DNA of 35,947 nt from a virus (IMGVR_UViG_3300037046_000311:1-35947), one strand, 5' to 3'; numbered from the stretch's first letter, positions 9,594 to 19,139 are shown. Numbers and translations: made by a program. Notes: a model not told the origin generated them from the letters alone.

Positions 9594-9962
9594 TTATTTT
9601 GCGGTCATAATTTGCAATATTGCCGATTGAGCCTCTTTGATTTGCTCATCAGTCATATCTTCAGTGTCTAATTCAGACACTTTCCTCACATTATTTTGAT
9701 AAAATGCATAATCAGAAGCTTGCTTATTTGCGTTGCTTATCCCGCTATTTGCGGTAATGGCACATAAAACACTATTTCTTTTATCAAACATTCTCTCTTC
9801 ATCACCAAAAGGCTCTAACTTATAGAACTCAGTCCAATCATCAAGCTCATCCGCCGACATTTCATTCTCTAAACGCTCTACTGTCATACCAAGCTTTAAA
9901 GCAAGGCGAAATCGGAAGCGACGCTCTTCTGTTACGCCTCGTCTTCCTTGAAAACGTTTCCC
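9594..9962 (-). CDS. Tail assembly chaperone, frameshift extension (gpGT-like C-terminal part)
   Basis: The -1 frame from GGGAAAC reads KRFQGRRGVTEERRFRFRLALKLG straight into the listed 9594..9887 ORF. Confidence 0.82.
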   Translation of the reverse strand, partial: GKRFQGRRGVTEERRFRFRLALKLGMTVERLENEMSADELDDWTEFYKLEPFGDEERMFDKRNSVLCAITANSGISNANKQASDYAFYQNNVRKVSELDTEDMTDEQIKEAQSAILQIMTAK

Positions 9963-10321
9963 AATTCTTTAAAAATACGCTCAATAGCTTCAGCTGATCT
10001 TTTCCCCAAAATAGGTTCAATCTCATCATCTGTAAAAAGACGTTCGCCGTTTTCATCACAGAGTGCGAAACCAACAGATTTTAAACGAAATTCGGCGTAT
10101 GCTTTTTCAGCATCAATACCTTTTTTCATAGTAAACGTAGGTTTTTCACCCTCTTTTTTAGGTGGTACAAATGTCATAAATGCTTGGTTAAGCTCTATGA
10201 GCGAATCCCTTTCTAGGATGCTTCTACGCTTAACGCAAACTTCCCCTCCCCATTCAGGAACATTTATTTTTTCTACCTTAATATCAGGCCCTTTGCTGAT
10301 TTGTTCTTTAGTAAGTACCAT
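9932..10321 (-). CDS. Tail assembly chaperone (gpG-like)
   Basis: VPEWGGEV..LCDENGERLF motifs; between tail tube and tape measure. Confidence 0.85.
   Translation of the reverse strand: MVLTKEQISKGPDIKVEKINVPEWGGEVCVKRRSILERDSLIELNQAFMTFVPPKKEGEKPTFTMKKGIDAEKAYAEFRLKSVGFALCDENGERLFTDDEIEPILGKRSAEAIERIFKELGNVFKEDEA
9956..9962 (-). other. -1 programmed ribosomal frameshift slippery heptamer G GGA AAC
   Basis: X XXY YYZ heptamer in the correct phase near the chaperone 3' end; analogous to lambda G-T GGGAAAG. Confidence 0.82.
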
Positions 10322-10323
10322 AA

Positions 10324-10779
10324 TTAGCTCGCTAACGTGATATCCGGAGCACCGCTCGCTTGAAAACCAAACTCAAATGAAAGAGCGGCACCTTTACCTG
10401 GTACGATATTTGGGATTCCGGATACATACCCATCACGAATGATTGTTGTTTTACTCCCTGTAGCAGGTGTGATCTGGTCGTTAAATTCGATCTTGATTTT
10501 TGTGTTTGCATTCGTTTCACCAAGAGCCATGACACGCGCTTGCCCAGCATCATCAGCGATAAAATTACACTTTAATGAAAACTCAGGCGCGTCTTTTAGC
10601 CCATCTGAAACGTAATCTTTATAACCGGTAGAGTCGAAGTTCGTAACGTCAATTTTTCCCGTTTTATCACCTAGGATTCCTGGAATATCCGTCATCTCCC
10701 CAACTTTTACAAATGTATCAGGAGTATTGGTCTCGATATAAATCCCAACCCCTAACGAGTTCTTTGCCTTACTGCCCAT
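10324..10779 (-). CDS. Major tail tube protein
   Basis: IDVTNFDS..KDYVSDGLKD motif; ATG 10779 with GAGGAG SD. Confidence 0.87.
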   Translation of the reverse strand: MGSKAKNSLGVGIYIETNTPDTFVKVGEMTDIPGILGDKTGKIDVTNFDSTGYKDYVSDGLKDAPEFSLKCNFIADDAGQARVMALGETNANTKIKIEFNDQITPATGSKTTIIRDGYVSGIPNIVPGKGAALSFEFGFQASGAPDITLAS

Positions 10780-10811
10780 TTTGAGACTCCTCAAATTTTA
10801 AATATGAGGGT

Positions 10812-10865
10812 ATTTTATTTGAGTTATTTTCTATGGGTTTAAAAAGTTACACGCTGTAACTTTTT
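10812..10865 (-). promoter_or_regulatory. Putative late promoter: 25-bp palindrome plus TAAAAT -10 box
   Basis: AAAAAGTTACA-CGC-TGTAACTTTTT at 10841-10865; TAAAAT (10817-10812) 23 nt downstream; identical layout at 16182-16235. Confidence 0.65.
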
Positions 10866-10887
10866 CGGTGGAAAAGTTTTTGTGAGT

Positions 10888-11241
10888 CTACTTGACGATA
10901 TCGTCAGAGAGAATATAATCGAGGATTTGAACGTGCAGTTTGGTGTCGTTTTCATAATCTTCCATGTGCATAGCTTTGTTCCCTTTGCCACTCATAGCAT
11001 TTTTTACATCGGTTTCTGCGATACTTAGGGCTTCATTATATTTTTTAGAAAACACTTTAATCTGAAACCGCCCCATATCAAGGCTCTCAGTACCGTCAAG
11101 AGTACCCGTATCGAGTGAACTGATCCGATGATAGGTGATGTATGGGGGTTGAGTGTCTTGAGGAGCTACGAGCGGGTAAACACGATCACCAATCTTTGGT
11201 ATGGCGGATAGCAGAGTATAAAGCCCGATTGAAATGCTCAT
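10888..11241 (-). CDS. Tail completion/terminator protein (DUF3168-like)
   Basis: RVYPLVAPQ..PYITYHRIS..RFQIKVFS motifs and position. Confidence 0.82.
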   Translation of the reverse strand: MSISIGLYTLLSAIPKIGDRVYPLVAPQDTQPPYITYHRISSLDTGTLDGTESLDMGRFQIKVFSKKYNEALSIAETDVKNAMSGKGNKAMHMEDYENDTKLHVQILDYILSDDIVK

Positions 11242-11636
11242 TTTGTTGCCTCATCAAGTTTTGATTTGATCGTATCGATCACTTTGTTTAGAACATCCTC
11301 TCCCGCTTCATCGTATGCGGGTCTCATAAATGGGCGGGCCGCCATTTTTGAGGTTCCGAACTCTTGGAACCGTCCATAAAAAACACTTTTCCCTTTTCGC
11401 TTGTTTTTTGTCGGCCTGATCCGAAAAGCGATCACCCCTTTTTGCGCTCTAGATCCGCTCACTTTGATCGAGTCTCTTAGTGTCCCCTCATCGACTGGGA
11501 CATAGCTTTTGGCTTTTTCTTTGATGACGTTCGCCCCCTGACGAACCGCCGCACGAATTACTTTTTTTTCGAGTTTATCGGGTAATGAATTTAGCTTTTT
11601 AATAAGCTCTTCTAACCCTTTGATCTCTCCGCTCAT
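11238..11636 (-). CDS. HK97 gp10-family tail morphogenesis protein
   Basis: PVDEGTLRDSI and FQEFGTSKMAARPFMRPA motifs. Confidence 0.92.
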   Translation of the reverse strand: MSGEIKGLEELIKKLNSLPDKLEKKVIRAAVRQGANVIKEKAKSYVPVDEGTLRDSIKVSGSRAQKGVIAFRIRPTKNKRKGKSVFYGRFQEFGTSKMAARPFMRPAYDEAGEDVLNKVIDTIKSKLDEATK

Positions 11637-11950
11637 AAAATCTCTTTTGCGATAATAATCAGCTCTTTATTTCGCTCATCTTTATTTTGCACGTTCAAAA
11701 TGTCAAAATAACGATCAACGAACTTGATCCTATGCTTAGGTGTCACACCCGCTACGAATCGACATAGTATTTGTGAGGTTGCATCGGCGAACACTTGGTT
11801 ACTCATAAAACGCTCACCGCCGGTGATCGGCTTGATATCTGCCATTGTTTCATCGAGCACTGTTTCACCATCACTAAACCCGCCCGTTGCATCACGAACC
11901 TCTCCGATGGTTATAAACTGTATTCTATGTTTCAATCGTCCTGATCTCAT
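11633..11950 (-). CDS. Head closure / head-tail adaptor protein
   Basis: MRSGRLKHRI..DATGG..IKPITGGERF motifs. Confidence 0.9.
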   Translation of the reverse strand: MRSGRLKHRIQFITIGEVRDATGGFSDGETVLDETMADIKPITGGERFMSNQVFADATSQILCRFVAGVTPKHRIKFVDRYFDILNVQNKDERNKELIIIAKEIL

Positions 11951-12522
11951 AATGTAATCACCCGATATTTACTGATGAGATAATCGTTATACTCATTAAC
12001 GATAGGGCTAACCGATACCCCGACAACGACCTCTTCACGATGCTCGAACAATGTCGCAATACGGATAAGTATCCATTGCTTGATCGGCTTTGGTACTGAT
12101 GCCGCATCCGCATACCCTGCGGTAAACGTCACACGAACCGGATCGATTACATTGGCGATAGACGGATAAGAGGCATTTGGTTTTTTAACGATCACTGCCG
12201 GCTCCGAATAATAGCTCACCGAATACAGCGACGGATCGAGGAGCGCATAGCTCTCCAACCCATCAGGAATATACTCGATTTTATCGACCGAGATCAACGG
12301 CGGTTTTTTAAGCTCAAAACGCTCCGGCAGAGTATCCATCGTCATTTCATAAACAGCGCTCATAAGTTGGCGGTTGGTAATATCCTCCGCCTGAGCCGTT
12401 GCCACTTCGATTAGGAACTTGATGAGACTATCATCATCGGCGGACAATATGCTCAAATGTGCTTTCGCTTCATTGAGTGTTACCGGATACTCACTCGGAG
12501 CTGTTTTGAGTTTCAAGCCCAT
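11947..12522 (-). CDS. Head-tail connector (gp6-like, phiE125 gp8 type)
   Basis: PVTLNEAKAHL..VTFTAGY..VPKPIKQWILIRIATLFEHRE. Confidence 0.9.
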   Translation of the reverse strand: MGLKLKTAPSEYPVTLNEAKAHLSILSADDDSLIKFLIEVATAQAEDITNRQLMSAVYEMTMDTLPERFELKKPPLISVDKIEYIPDGLESYALLDPSLYSVSYYSEPAVIVKKPNASYPSIANVIDPVRVTFTAGYADAASVPKPIKQWILIRIATLFEHREEVVVGVSVSPIVNEYNDYLISKYRVITL

Positions 12523-12524
12523 TG

Positions 12525-12953
12525 TTATTCTTCGTCTTTATTATCGTCGGATTTTCCCGCGGGAAAATCCTCAGTTTTCTTAGCTTCATCGCTTGGATCT
12601 TCTCCGATCATCGACTTTTCTACGAACGCTTCCACCTCTTCATCACTGAGAACAACCCCCTCGATCTGAGCCGCTTTTAGTGCTACCTGAGCGTAGAGCT
12701 CACGAAGCTCTGAAACGAGCGTCTCTTTTTCGAGAATTGCTGTGCTCTGCGCTAGACGCTCTGCCTCTGCATTTTTTACCGATTCAAGTTTTAAAACTGC
12801 ATGATCATAGGCTTTTTTATTGGTAGGCAGAGCTTGATCAGAGTTAACCAAAGCTATGGCTTCTTTGATTGGTAGATCAATAATTTCACCGGGAGAATAA
12901 CTGCCATCGTCACCGGATCGCCCGGTGAGCAGTTTTAGCTTAATGGTATCCAT
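12525..12953 (-). CDS. Hypothetical head-associated protein
   Basis: 142-aa ORF between capsid and connector with SD; acidic tail. Confidence 0.65.
   Translation of the reverse strand: MDTIKLKLLTGRSGDDGSYSPGEIIDLPIKEAIALVNSDQALPTNKKAYDHAVLKLESVKNAEAERLAQSTAILEKETLVSELRELYAQVALKAAQIEGVVLSDEEVEAFVEKSMIGEDPSDEAKKTEDFPAGKSDDNKDEE
12549..12570. promoter_or_regulatory. Candidate parS palindrome 1
   Basis: Perfect 22-bp palindrome GGATTTTCCCGCGGGAAAATCC; core recurs at 24679, 24960 and 26507. Confidence 0.6.
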
Positions 12954-12963
12954 AATTTACCCT

Positions 12964-14148
12964 TTACGCCGTAGCCATTTTGAGCACTTTTACCGCTTCA
13001 GGAAGCACCAGTTTACCGTCAACACGCTTATCGATACGGAAACCTACATGTCCGGTAGTAGCATAAAGCTCATCCATACGTTTCATCGACATCGCTTTAC
13101 GGTCTTTGATGAAGTAGTAGCTCATATCTCCAAATGAGATAGGTGTTGCACCAGCCGCGATATCGGGCATATTTTTATTTAACACAATTGGGCGACCGAG
13201 CAATGTTGTCGGAGCACCGTTAAGCCCTTTTGTTACAAGATAATCCCCGTTGCTGTCTTTGAGTTTCATCAATTTTACGAGTGTGTTACGATTCATTTTC
13301 CATGTCGCATCAGCCGCATAATCTTCATCGAGTGATCCCCAAAGGTCGATAATTTCATCTGCTGTAAACGCTGTGGTTGAAGCAGCTGTTTTACCGATTT
13401 GAGCATCTACCAAAAATCCGGTTGGTTTACCTACTCCATCTCCGATAACAAATGCTAGTTCTTCGGCTTTCGTCGTAGATTTTGTAAATTTCATAGCGAT
13501 ATAGGCTTCGATGCTTGAAAAACTGTCTTGAAGCAACTCTTCAGTGACTTTGATGATACGTCCAGTTTTGTACGCTTTCATAATCACTTGTCCGATAGTA
13601 GGATCAGACTCAGGGTATACACCAGCTTCGTCAATCCATCCATTCGCACCATCATCGCCCTCTACCGGAATATTCTCAGTTGAAGTGGAGATACTAACTG
13701 TCCCAAGAGCACGCATAGGAGATTTTTCGCCGAGTTTAGTGATGATCGTTTCAGCAAATGTTGTTGGTACCAAATACCCCCCCTTATCTGCTGTCCCCTC
13801 ATTAAGAGCACGTGTTTCAGCTTCGGTAAGCGGTTTACGGCTTTGCCCTTTCCAAAATGCAGCACGATAGGTTTCATTTTTTTCTTCACCCTCTGCCTGT
13901 GTACCCGATGGAGTACCACCGACCAACGGAGCACGTTGTTCTGATTTTAGATAGGATTCGCGTTTTTCAGCTTTTTCAGCGCGAGAAACCGCATCAGCGA
14001 TTTGAACTTGTGTTTGATCAAACTGTGCGTCAAGTTCGTCATATTCTTTTGCCTGAGCTTCGCTAAGTCCATTTGGATTAGCTGCCAACATGGAGCGCAT
14101 TTTACCGTCGAGTTCTGCCAAAAAGGCACGTAGTTGTACAAGATTCAT
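12964..14148 (-). CDS. Major capsid protein (HK97 fold)
   Basis: N-terminal coiled-coil delta domain; GGYLVP, TEELLQDS, GDGVGKPTG, LLGRPI and RVDGKL motifs. Confidence 0.96.
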   Translation of the reverse strand: MNLVQLRAFLAELDGKMRSMLAANPNGLSEAQAKEYDELDAQFDQTQVQIADAVSRAEKAEKRESYLKSEQRAPLVGGTPSGTQAEGEEKNETYRAAFWKGQSRKPLTEAETRALNEGTADKGGYLVPTTFAETIITKLGEKSPMRALGTVSISTSTENIPVEGDDGANGWIDEAGVYPESDPTIGQVIMKAYKTGRIIKVTEELLQDSFSSIEAYIAMKFTKSTTKAEELAFVIGDGVGKPTGFLVDAQIGKTAASTTAFTADEIIDLWGSLDEDYAADATWKMNRNTLVKLMKLKDSNGDYLVTKGLNGAPTTLLGRPIVLNKNMPDIAAGATPISFGDMSYYFIKDRKAMSMKRMDELYATTGHVGFRIDKRVDGKLVLPEAVKVLKMATA

Positions 14149-14789
14149 AGGATAATCCCCTTTGTTTTTAGATTGAGTTTTCTACGGAGTACATCCGTAT
14201 CCAAAAGCGTTTCCGCTTCACCGCGTTTCCCACCGAATGAACGTCCGATAGTCGCTCCTCGGTCAAACCCCTTCCAAACCGCAGAGAGCTCGACAATCGT
14301 GTAATCGGTTACGAGTACATGGGTCGGTTCTCCTTGGCGTGAAGTGATGATGACATCGTTGACGATATACCCGATACTCACATCAGTTAGCACTCTGTCC
14401 TGATATTTTTGGAATACCTTTAGAGCATCTTCATCGCTTCCGAAATAAACATCAGATTTTGCCTCACCGTCTTCGATGCGCTTATTATCGATACGACCGA
14501 TAGCGTTATCAACGCTTGGGCAGTGATCTTTGAAAAACGTATTCAGCTCATCGAGATTTGCACCGTTGACATCGAGCTCTTCGATATAGATTTCATCTTC
14601 CCACCAGTCATATCGCTCTCCGGCATTGTTTCGACTGATGAGGATAAACGGAACCATCCGATTCTCAACATCAATCTCCACTGGTTCAGCCCTGACTTTA
14701 GGGCACACACCCAACCCGCATGAACGATGAACGACACCGATCTCATTCATACGGGCAATAATCTCCGCCTTACTTCGTGGTGGTGGCAT
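14145..14789 (-). CDS. Prohead maturation protease (HK97 family)
   Basis: FKDH..IGR, DVSIGY and ELSAV..GFD..A motifs; ATG 14789 with GGAGGG SD. Confidence 0.88.
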   Translation of the reverse strand: MPPPRSKAEIIARMNEIGVVHRSCGLGVCPKVRAEPVEIDVENRMVPFILISRNNAGERYDWWEDEIYIEELDVNGANLDELNTFFKDHCPSVDNAIGRIDNKRIEDGEAKSDVYFGSDEDALKVFQKYQDRVLTDVSIGYIVNDVIITSRQGEPTHVLVTDYTIVELSAVWKGFDRGATIGRSFGGKRGEAETLLDTDVLRRKLNLKTKGIIL

Positions 14790-15993
14790 TTTCACCCTCC
14801 TTTGTCATATTGAGTGGATAGAGCGGATCGTCTAACCCGTCTATCGGGTTAAGATCTTCCATCTCTCTCGCCTCATTTCTTGTCATCCAACCATCTTTTA
14901 TCCCTGATCCGTATGCTGTATAACGGGATGAAGTATCACCGCGTAAGAGTGCGGCGAGGTTGAACTTCACGTAATAACTCTTTTTCTCACCATCAGAGAG
15001 AAGTTTTCTGCGGCACTCTTGCTCGATGTTTACCACCCACGGACGGATAGCATCGGTAACGAACTGGATGGATTGGTGTTCGATGTTGGAAAAAGTCGCG
15101 TTTGTCATCTCATTGATCATATGCGGTGGGATACGAAACACCGAGGCGATATCGGATTTCGTAAATTTTCGGCTCTCTAAATACTGGCCGTCACGATTTG
15201 AGATCGTAATCGGGGTAAATTTAAAACCATCTTCGAGGATCAGCGGTTTCCCTGCATTCATTAAACCCTGATAGTTTTCCTTAAAGCTATCCTTAAATCT
15301 AGTGAATGCAGTATCGCTCATAGATTTAACGCCCTCACCCGACACGACACCGCTAGGTGTTGCACCGTTTTTAAACAACGTCCCCCCGAACTCCTCCATA
15401 GCGATAGAGGCTCCGATGGTGTGTCGGTTATACTCGATAGGGCTCATCCCGATCAAACCGTCCATCGTCATACCCAAGATATGGAGCACTTCATTCGGAT
15501 AAAGCGGTACCGTTCCTAATTTATCATGCTGATAGAGATAGCGAAGTTCCCCAGACTCGATACGGACAATACTCATTTTCTCAGGAAACAACGGATAAAT
15601 ACCGATCACTTTGCCGGCATTGTTTCGGACGATCTGAGAGTAATGATTTCCGCGTAATGCCAAATGCACCATCACCACCACACGCCAAGTGTAGGATGTC
15701 ATTTCACTATTTGGTTCATCGTGTAAAATTGAGTAAAGAGTATGGTCAAATGCTTTATTGTTTAAAACTTTTCCGTTTGAAGTTTCGCGTTTATAGACTG
15801 AAAACGGTAGTGATGCTATCGACTGAGATAGAATATTGACACAATCATACACGGCCGTATGAGCAAGAGCACGCTCACTGGTTACACTGATACCCGATGA
15901 GGATACATTCCCGCCGAACATATCCAAAAGCCAACGGCTTGGAGATGATAGCGTCGAAGTTTCGCGATGAGCAAATAGTGAGATAAGACTCAT
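14770..15993 (-). CDS. Portal protein (HK97 family)
   Basis: AVYDCVNILSQSIASLP, EPNSEMT, IASVFRIPPHMI and GWMTRNEAREME motifs. Confidence 0.96.
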   Translation of the reverse strand: MSLISLFAHRETSTLSSPSRWLLDMFGGNVSSSGISVTSERALAHTAVYDCVNILSQSIASLPFSVYKRETSNGKVLNNKAFDHTLYSILHDEPNSEMTSYTWRVVVMVHLALRGNHYSQIVRNNAGKVIGIYPLFPEKMSIVRIESGELRYLYQHDKLGTVPLYPNEVLHILGMTMDGLIGMSPIEYNRHTIGASIAMEEFGGTLFKNGATPSGVVSGEGVKSMSDTAFTRFKDSFKENYQGLMNAGKPLILEDGFKFTPITISNRDGQYLESRKFTKSDIASVFRIPPHMINEMTNATFSNIEHQSIQFVTDAIRPWVVNIEQECRRKLLSDGEKKSYYVKFNLAALLRGDTSSRYTAYGSGIKDGWMTRNEAREMEDLNPIDGLDDPLYPLNMTKEGENATTTK

Positions 15994-16175
15994 TTAGACC
16001 CCTCACTGAGATGATCCCATAAAGCCCATACCATCAAAAGCGTGTGAACGATAAATGCCATACCAAATACCTTTGAAGCACTCATCGAAGCCACGAGCCA
16101 AATACCTAAAGCCATCCCCATAATGAGAATCATCGCAACAATGTAAACGATAAAGAGACCTCTGATATTTTCCAT
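15990..16175 (-). CDS. Small 2-TM membrane protein preceding portal
   Basis: 61 aa, hydrophobic; stop overlaps the portal ATG (ATGA). Confidence 0.6.
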   Translation of the reverse strand: MENIRGLFIVYIVAMILIMGMALGIWLVASMSASKVFGMAFIVHTLLMVWALWDHLSEGSK

Positions 16176-16181
16176 ATCGCT

Positions 16182-16235
16182 ATTTTAGGTATATGAAACA
16201 ATCATCCCTAAAAAAGTTACACGCTGTAACTTTTT
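16182..16235 (-). promoter_or_regulatory. Putative late promoter: 25-bp palindrome plus TAAAAT -10 box
   Basis: Same 25-mer as 10841-10865 at 16211-16235; TAAAAT (16187-16182) 23 nt downstream. Confidence 0.65.
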
Positions 16236-17898
16236 ACACACTTCGCATCCCTCTCGTCTCATAAACACTTACCGCAGGAGGCTCGAAAGTGATTGCACGG
16301 GCGTAAGTGTTGATCGTCGAGGCACATCCGTCGATTTTACGGGTTGGGTGTTTTTTATCGGGCTTTATATTCCCAGCTGGATCTTTTAAAACAGTTAGAT
16401 TCGATACCATCCAGTTCATTACCGGATTATCATCATGAGTAACTGCCCTATTTTTGATATCATCTTTAAAATTCGATGTCGGTTCCGAAATCGTTAAAAA
16501 ACCCTGTCGAATCTGCACACACCCCTCGAAACCAGTATTTTTTTCGATATTTGAGACTAAAGTAGCCGCACGATATGGGTCATAACAGATCTCATTCACT
16601 CCATCTTGCTCGATATCGTTGATAATATCACGCTCGATGTACTCTAAATCAATAGTTATTCCTGGTGTTGCTGTAATATATCCTTTTAAAACCCATGCAG
16701 AAAGTGGTACCCTTAGCTCTTTTTCACGCTCTTGTATAGTGTCTTTTGGGATATAGAAGTGTGTTTTAATGTGCTTTTTCCCATTTGGTAGGAGATATGT
16801 AGTAGTTTTTGACGTAAAATCATCCGAACGACTTAGGTCAACCCCCAAAAGTATCCCATACGCTTCACTCACGTCAACTTCAGGTTCAGCACATGATTTC
16901 CATTGCTCAAAAGAAATAAAATTTTCAGCCGCATTTACCCATCGGTTCAGCTCTTTAACAAGGAAGTTATTCAGCGCACTCGGTTTGTTTTGCGCAAGAT
17001 TAGCCATTTTTCTCATATGGTCATATGTTTTAGATATTCCCAAGTTTGGATTCGCTTTGTACCATACACCCTCATCGAATGGATCGTCATCTTTGTCCAA
17101 CTCTGCTATAAATGCAAAGTACCCATCATCTTCTAATACCCCGTCCATAACTTTTTTAGCGTACTCGTATTCGTCATATCCGGGAGATGATATATTAAAC
17201 CCTGCGGTAGTTATGTAGAACATCATCGGCTGCACTCTCGCACCCTGAGAAGACTGTACAACTTCGATCATCGATCGGTCAGGGTGAGCATGTATCTCAT
17301 CCCCAATACCGAATCCAATATTAAGCCCATCTTCTGTTTTACTTTCACGCCCCAATGGTTTGATCGTCGTATCCGTCTTTGTAACAGTAATTGTTGAATA
17401 TATATTGGTAGTATTGGATGTGAGGTCTTTGCTATATTTGATCATCTTTTCGCAACCATTCCAAACAATCTTGGCCTGGTCCCGTTTGGTTGCAAATGTG
17501 ACGATCTGATTCCCTTTTTCCGTTGTAAGAATCGATTCGGCGAGAGCAACACCGGAGGCTAAGATCGATTTTCCGTTTTTACGTGCGAGGTACCATAGAG
17601 CCGTGTGAAACCGTCTAACCCATATCGGTTTCCCATCACGTAGCATTGGTTTACCATCTGCGCCCAACCGTTTACGCTGCCACCCGAAACATATGGCTAA
17701 CCCTTTACGTTGCCAACCCTCTAAGACAATTCTTTGCCCTGCAAGCTCCCCCTCGAAATGGTGAAGCTTCTCGATGATAGCCACGTATGCAAGCCCTAGC
17801 TCTTTTACAAATCGTATATCATCACGCCGACCGGACGCAACATCCTCTAAATCACGCTGATGGCGTTCAAACGTCTTCTCATAATAGGGCTTAGACAT
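16234..17898 (-). CDS. terL: Terminase large subunit
   Basis: Walker A ARKNGKS, Walker B IGDEIH, ITTAG coupling motif, GVDLS nuclease motif, KIDG. Confidence 0.96.
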   Translation of the reverse strand: MSKPYYEKTFERHQRDLEDVASGRRDDIRFVKELGLAYVAIIEKLHHFEGELAGQRIVLEGWQRKGLAICFGWQRKRLGADGKPMLRDGKPIWVRRFHTALWYLARKNGKSILASGVALAESILTTEKGNQIVTFATKRDQAKIVWNGCEKMIKYSKDLTSNTTNIYSTITVTKTDTTIKPLGRESKTEDGLNIGFGIGDEIHAHPDRSMIEVVQSSQGARVQPMMFYITTAGFNISSPGYDEYEYAKKVMDGVLEDDGYFAFIAELDKDDDPFDEGVWYKANPNLGISKTYDHMRKMANLAQNKPSALNNFLVKELNRWVNAAENFISFEQWKSCAEPEVDVSEAYGILLGVDLSRSDDFTSKTTTYLLPNGKKHIKTHFYIPKDTIQEREKELRVPLSAWVLKGYITATPGITIDLEYIERDIINDIEQDGVNEICYDPYRAATLVSNIEKNTGFEGCVQIRQGFLTISEPTSNFKDDIKNRAVTHDDNPVMNWMVSNLTVLKDPAGNIKPDKKHPTRKIDGCASTINTYARAITFEPPAVSVYETRGMRSV

Positions 17899-18475
17899 CT
17901 ACCGTCCCGACTAGATTGTTGATATCGTTGGCAAAATCAAACAGACTCCCACCCTTATCCATCTCTTCACCGAGTTTCATCCCCATCTTCTTACGGCTAT
18001 AAATCGAAAGCCCCAACTGGCCACCTATCGTTACGAGTGTTTTTTGAGTCATTTGGATCGCATTGAAAAGAGGGTTCAGATATTTTCCCCCTTTCGTACT
18101 CGTTGAGACAACATCCTGAGTTGACATCTGCACTTCTAAATCAATGTATCGCTCATACGCTTTTGCATAACACACGATCAGAGGCTCATCGACGTGGCTG
18201 TAATTTTCTCCGAGCTCCTTTTTCAACTCTTCGATTTTTCGCAATGCGATATCGCCTAAAATATTATCGTGAGGGTTGGTTACACTTCCCGAAGTGGTTG
18301 TAACTGGAGCTTTTTTCGATAGAGGCACGAAATCGCCCCACTCCTCTTTTTTGGCTTTTTTTGAAATCCCTTGACGGCTCACTCCATAGTGTGAAGCGAG
18401 TGCGTTTTCAGAGGCAAACTTACCACCGCTCCAATCTTTGTGGATACTTTCCCAATCAATGATCTTAGTTGCCAA
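17891..18475 (-). CDS. terS: Terminase small subunit (P27-like with N-terminal HTH)
   Basis: LASHYGVSRQGISKK HTH; NPLF..GGQLGLSIYSRKKM C-terminal motif; directly upstream of terL. Confidence 0.87.
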   Translation of the reverse strand: MATKIIDWESIHKDWSGGKFASENALASHYGVSRQGISKKAKKEEWGDFVPLSKKAPVTTTSGSVTNPHDNILGDIALRKIEELKKELGENYSHVDEPLIVCYAKAYERYIDLEVQMSTQDVVSTSTKGGKYLNPLFNAIQMTQKTLVTIGGQLGLSIYSRKKMGMKLGEEMDKGGSLFDFANDINNLVGTVDV

Positions 18476-18567
18476 ACCCTACCCCCTCAGATTCAGTTTT
18501 TGTAAAAAGATGAGAGGACAGGCGGTGTAGCGTCGGTCGGTCTGTAGAGATTTCACCCCCCTACCCC
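18476..18567 (-). other. Probable cos region (3'-overhang type)
   Basis: Non-coding gap just before terS and downstream of HNH, reading GGGGTAGGGGGG..AAATCTCT..ACCGCCTGTCC; resembles HK97-type cos neighbourhoods. Exact nick not determinable. Confidence 0.55.
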
Positions 18568-18765
18568 TATACCTTGATCTTTATCCAATGGAAGCTCAAA
18601 AAATACAAACCCACAATTAGAACATGTTCTAACTATCGCTTCATGTCCACTAATACCACATAATGCTTGTTTATTGACAACGGCAACAACATTTTCTTCA
18701 AATTGATCATGAAAATTATTGTTTCCGCACTTAGGACATTTTTTTGTAGTTCCGTAAATATTCAC
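18553..18765 (-). CDS. Small zinc-ribbon protein
   Basis: CPKC and CSNC pairs; GTG start overlaps the HNH stop. Confidence 0.65.
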   Translation of the reverse strand: MNIYGTTKKCPKCGNNNFHDQFEENVVAVVNKQALCGISGHEAIVRTCSNCGFVFFELPLDKDQGIGVGG

Positions 18766-19139
18766 TTTCTTCTCCTTAAATCATCTGAAGTCTTAACCGC
18801 ATGGCACTGATGGCAAAGCGGTTGCAGGTTGGTAATGTCGAGACGTTTAGTAAAATCAACCTCGATAGGTACAATATGATCCACGACATTCGCGGCATTG
18901 ACGATTCCCATCATGTCACACTTGACACATAATCCTCCGTGATCTTTCATCACCTGATCGCGAACCACTTTCCACTCTTTCGAGTGATAGAATTTATCAT
19001 GCTCTCGGTTGCGATGGTTATGATCGTACACTTCGTTCTTATGCTTGATCGCTTCACGTCGATGCGCTTCACAGTATCGTTCACTCATCGGAATCAATGC
19101 GTTGCATCCCGCTTGATTACAAACTTTTGACGGCATCAT
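18762..19139 (-). CDS. HNH endonuclease (terminase cofactor, HK97 gp74-like)
   Basis: LCVKC..VVDHIVP..NLQPLCHQCHAVKT. Confidence 0.93.
   Translation of the reverse strand: MMPSKVCNQAGCNALIPMSERYCEAHRREAIKHKNEVYDHNHRNREHDKFYHSKEWKVVRDQVMKDHGGLCVKCDMMGIVNAANVVDHIVPIEVDFTKRLDITNLQPLCHQCHAVKTSDDLRRRK

Noticed and set aside
9862-10074. 70-aa ORF as the frameshift partner
   Set aside because: It is the +1 frame; the -1 frame is the one that joins the downstream chaperone ORF
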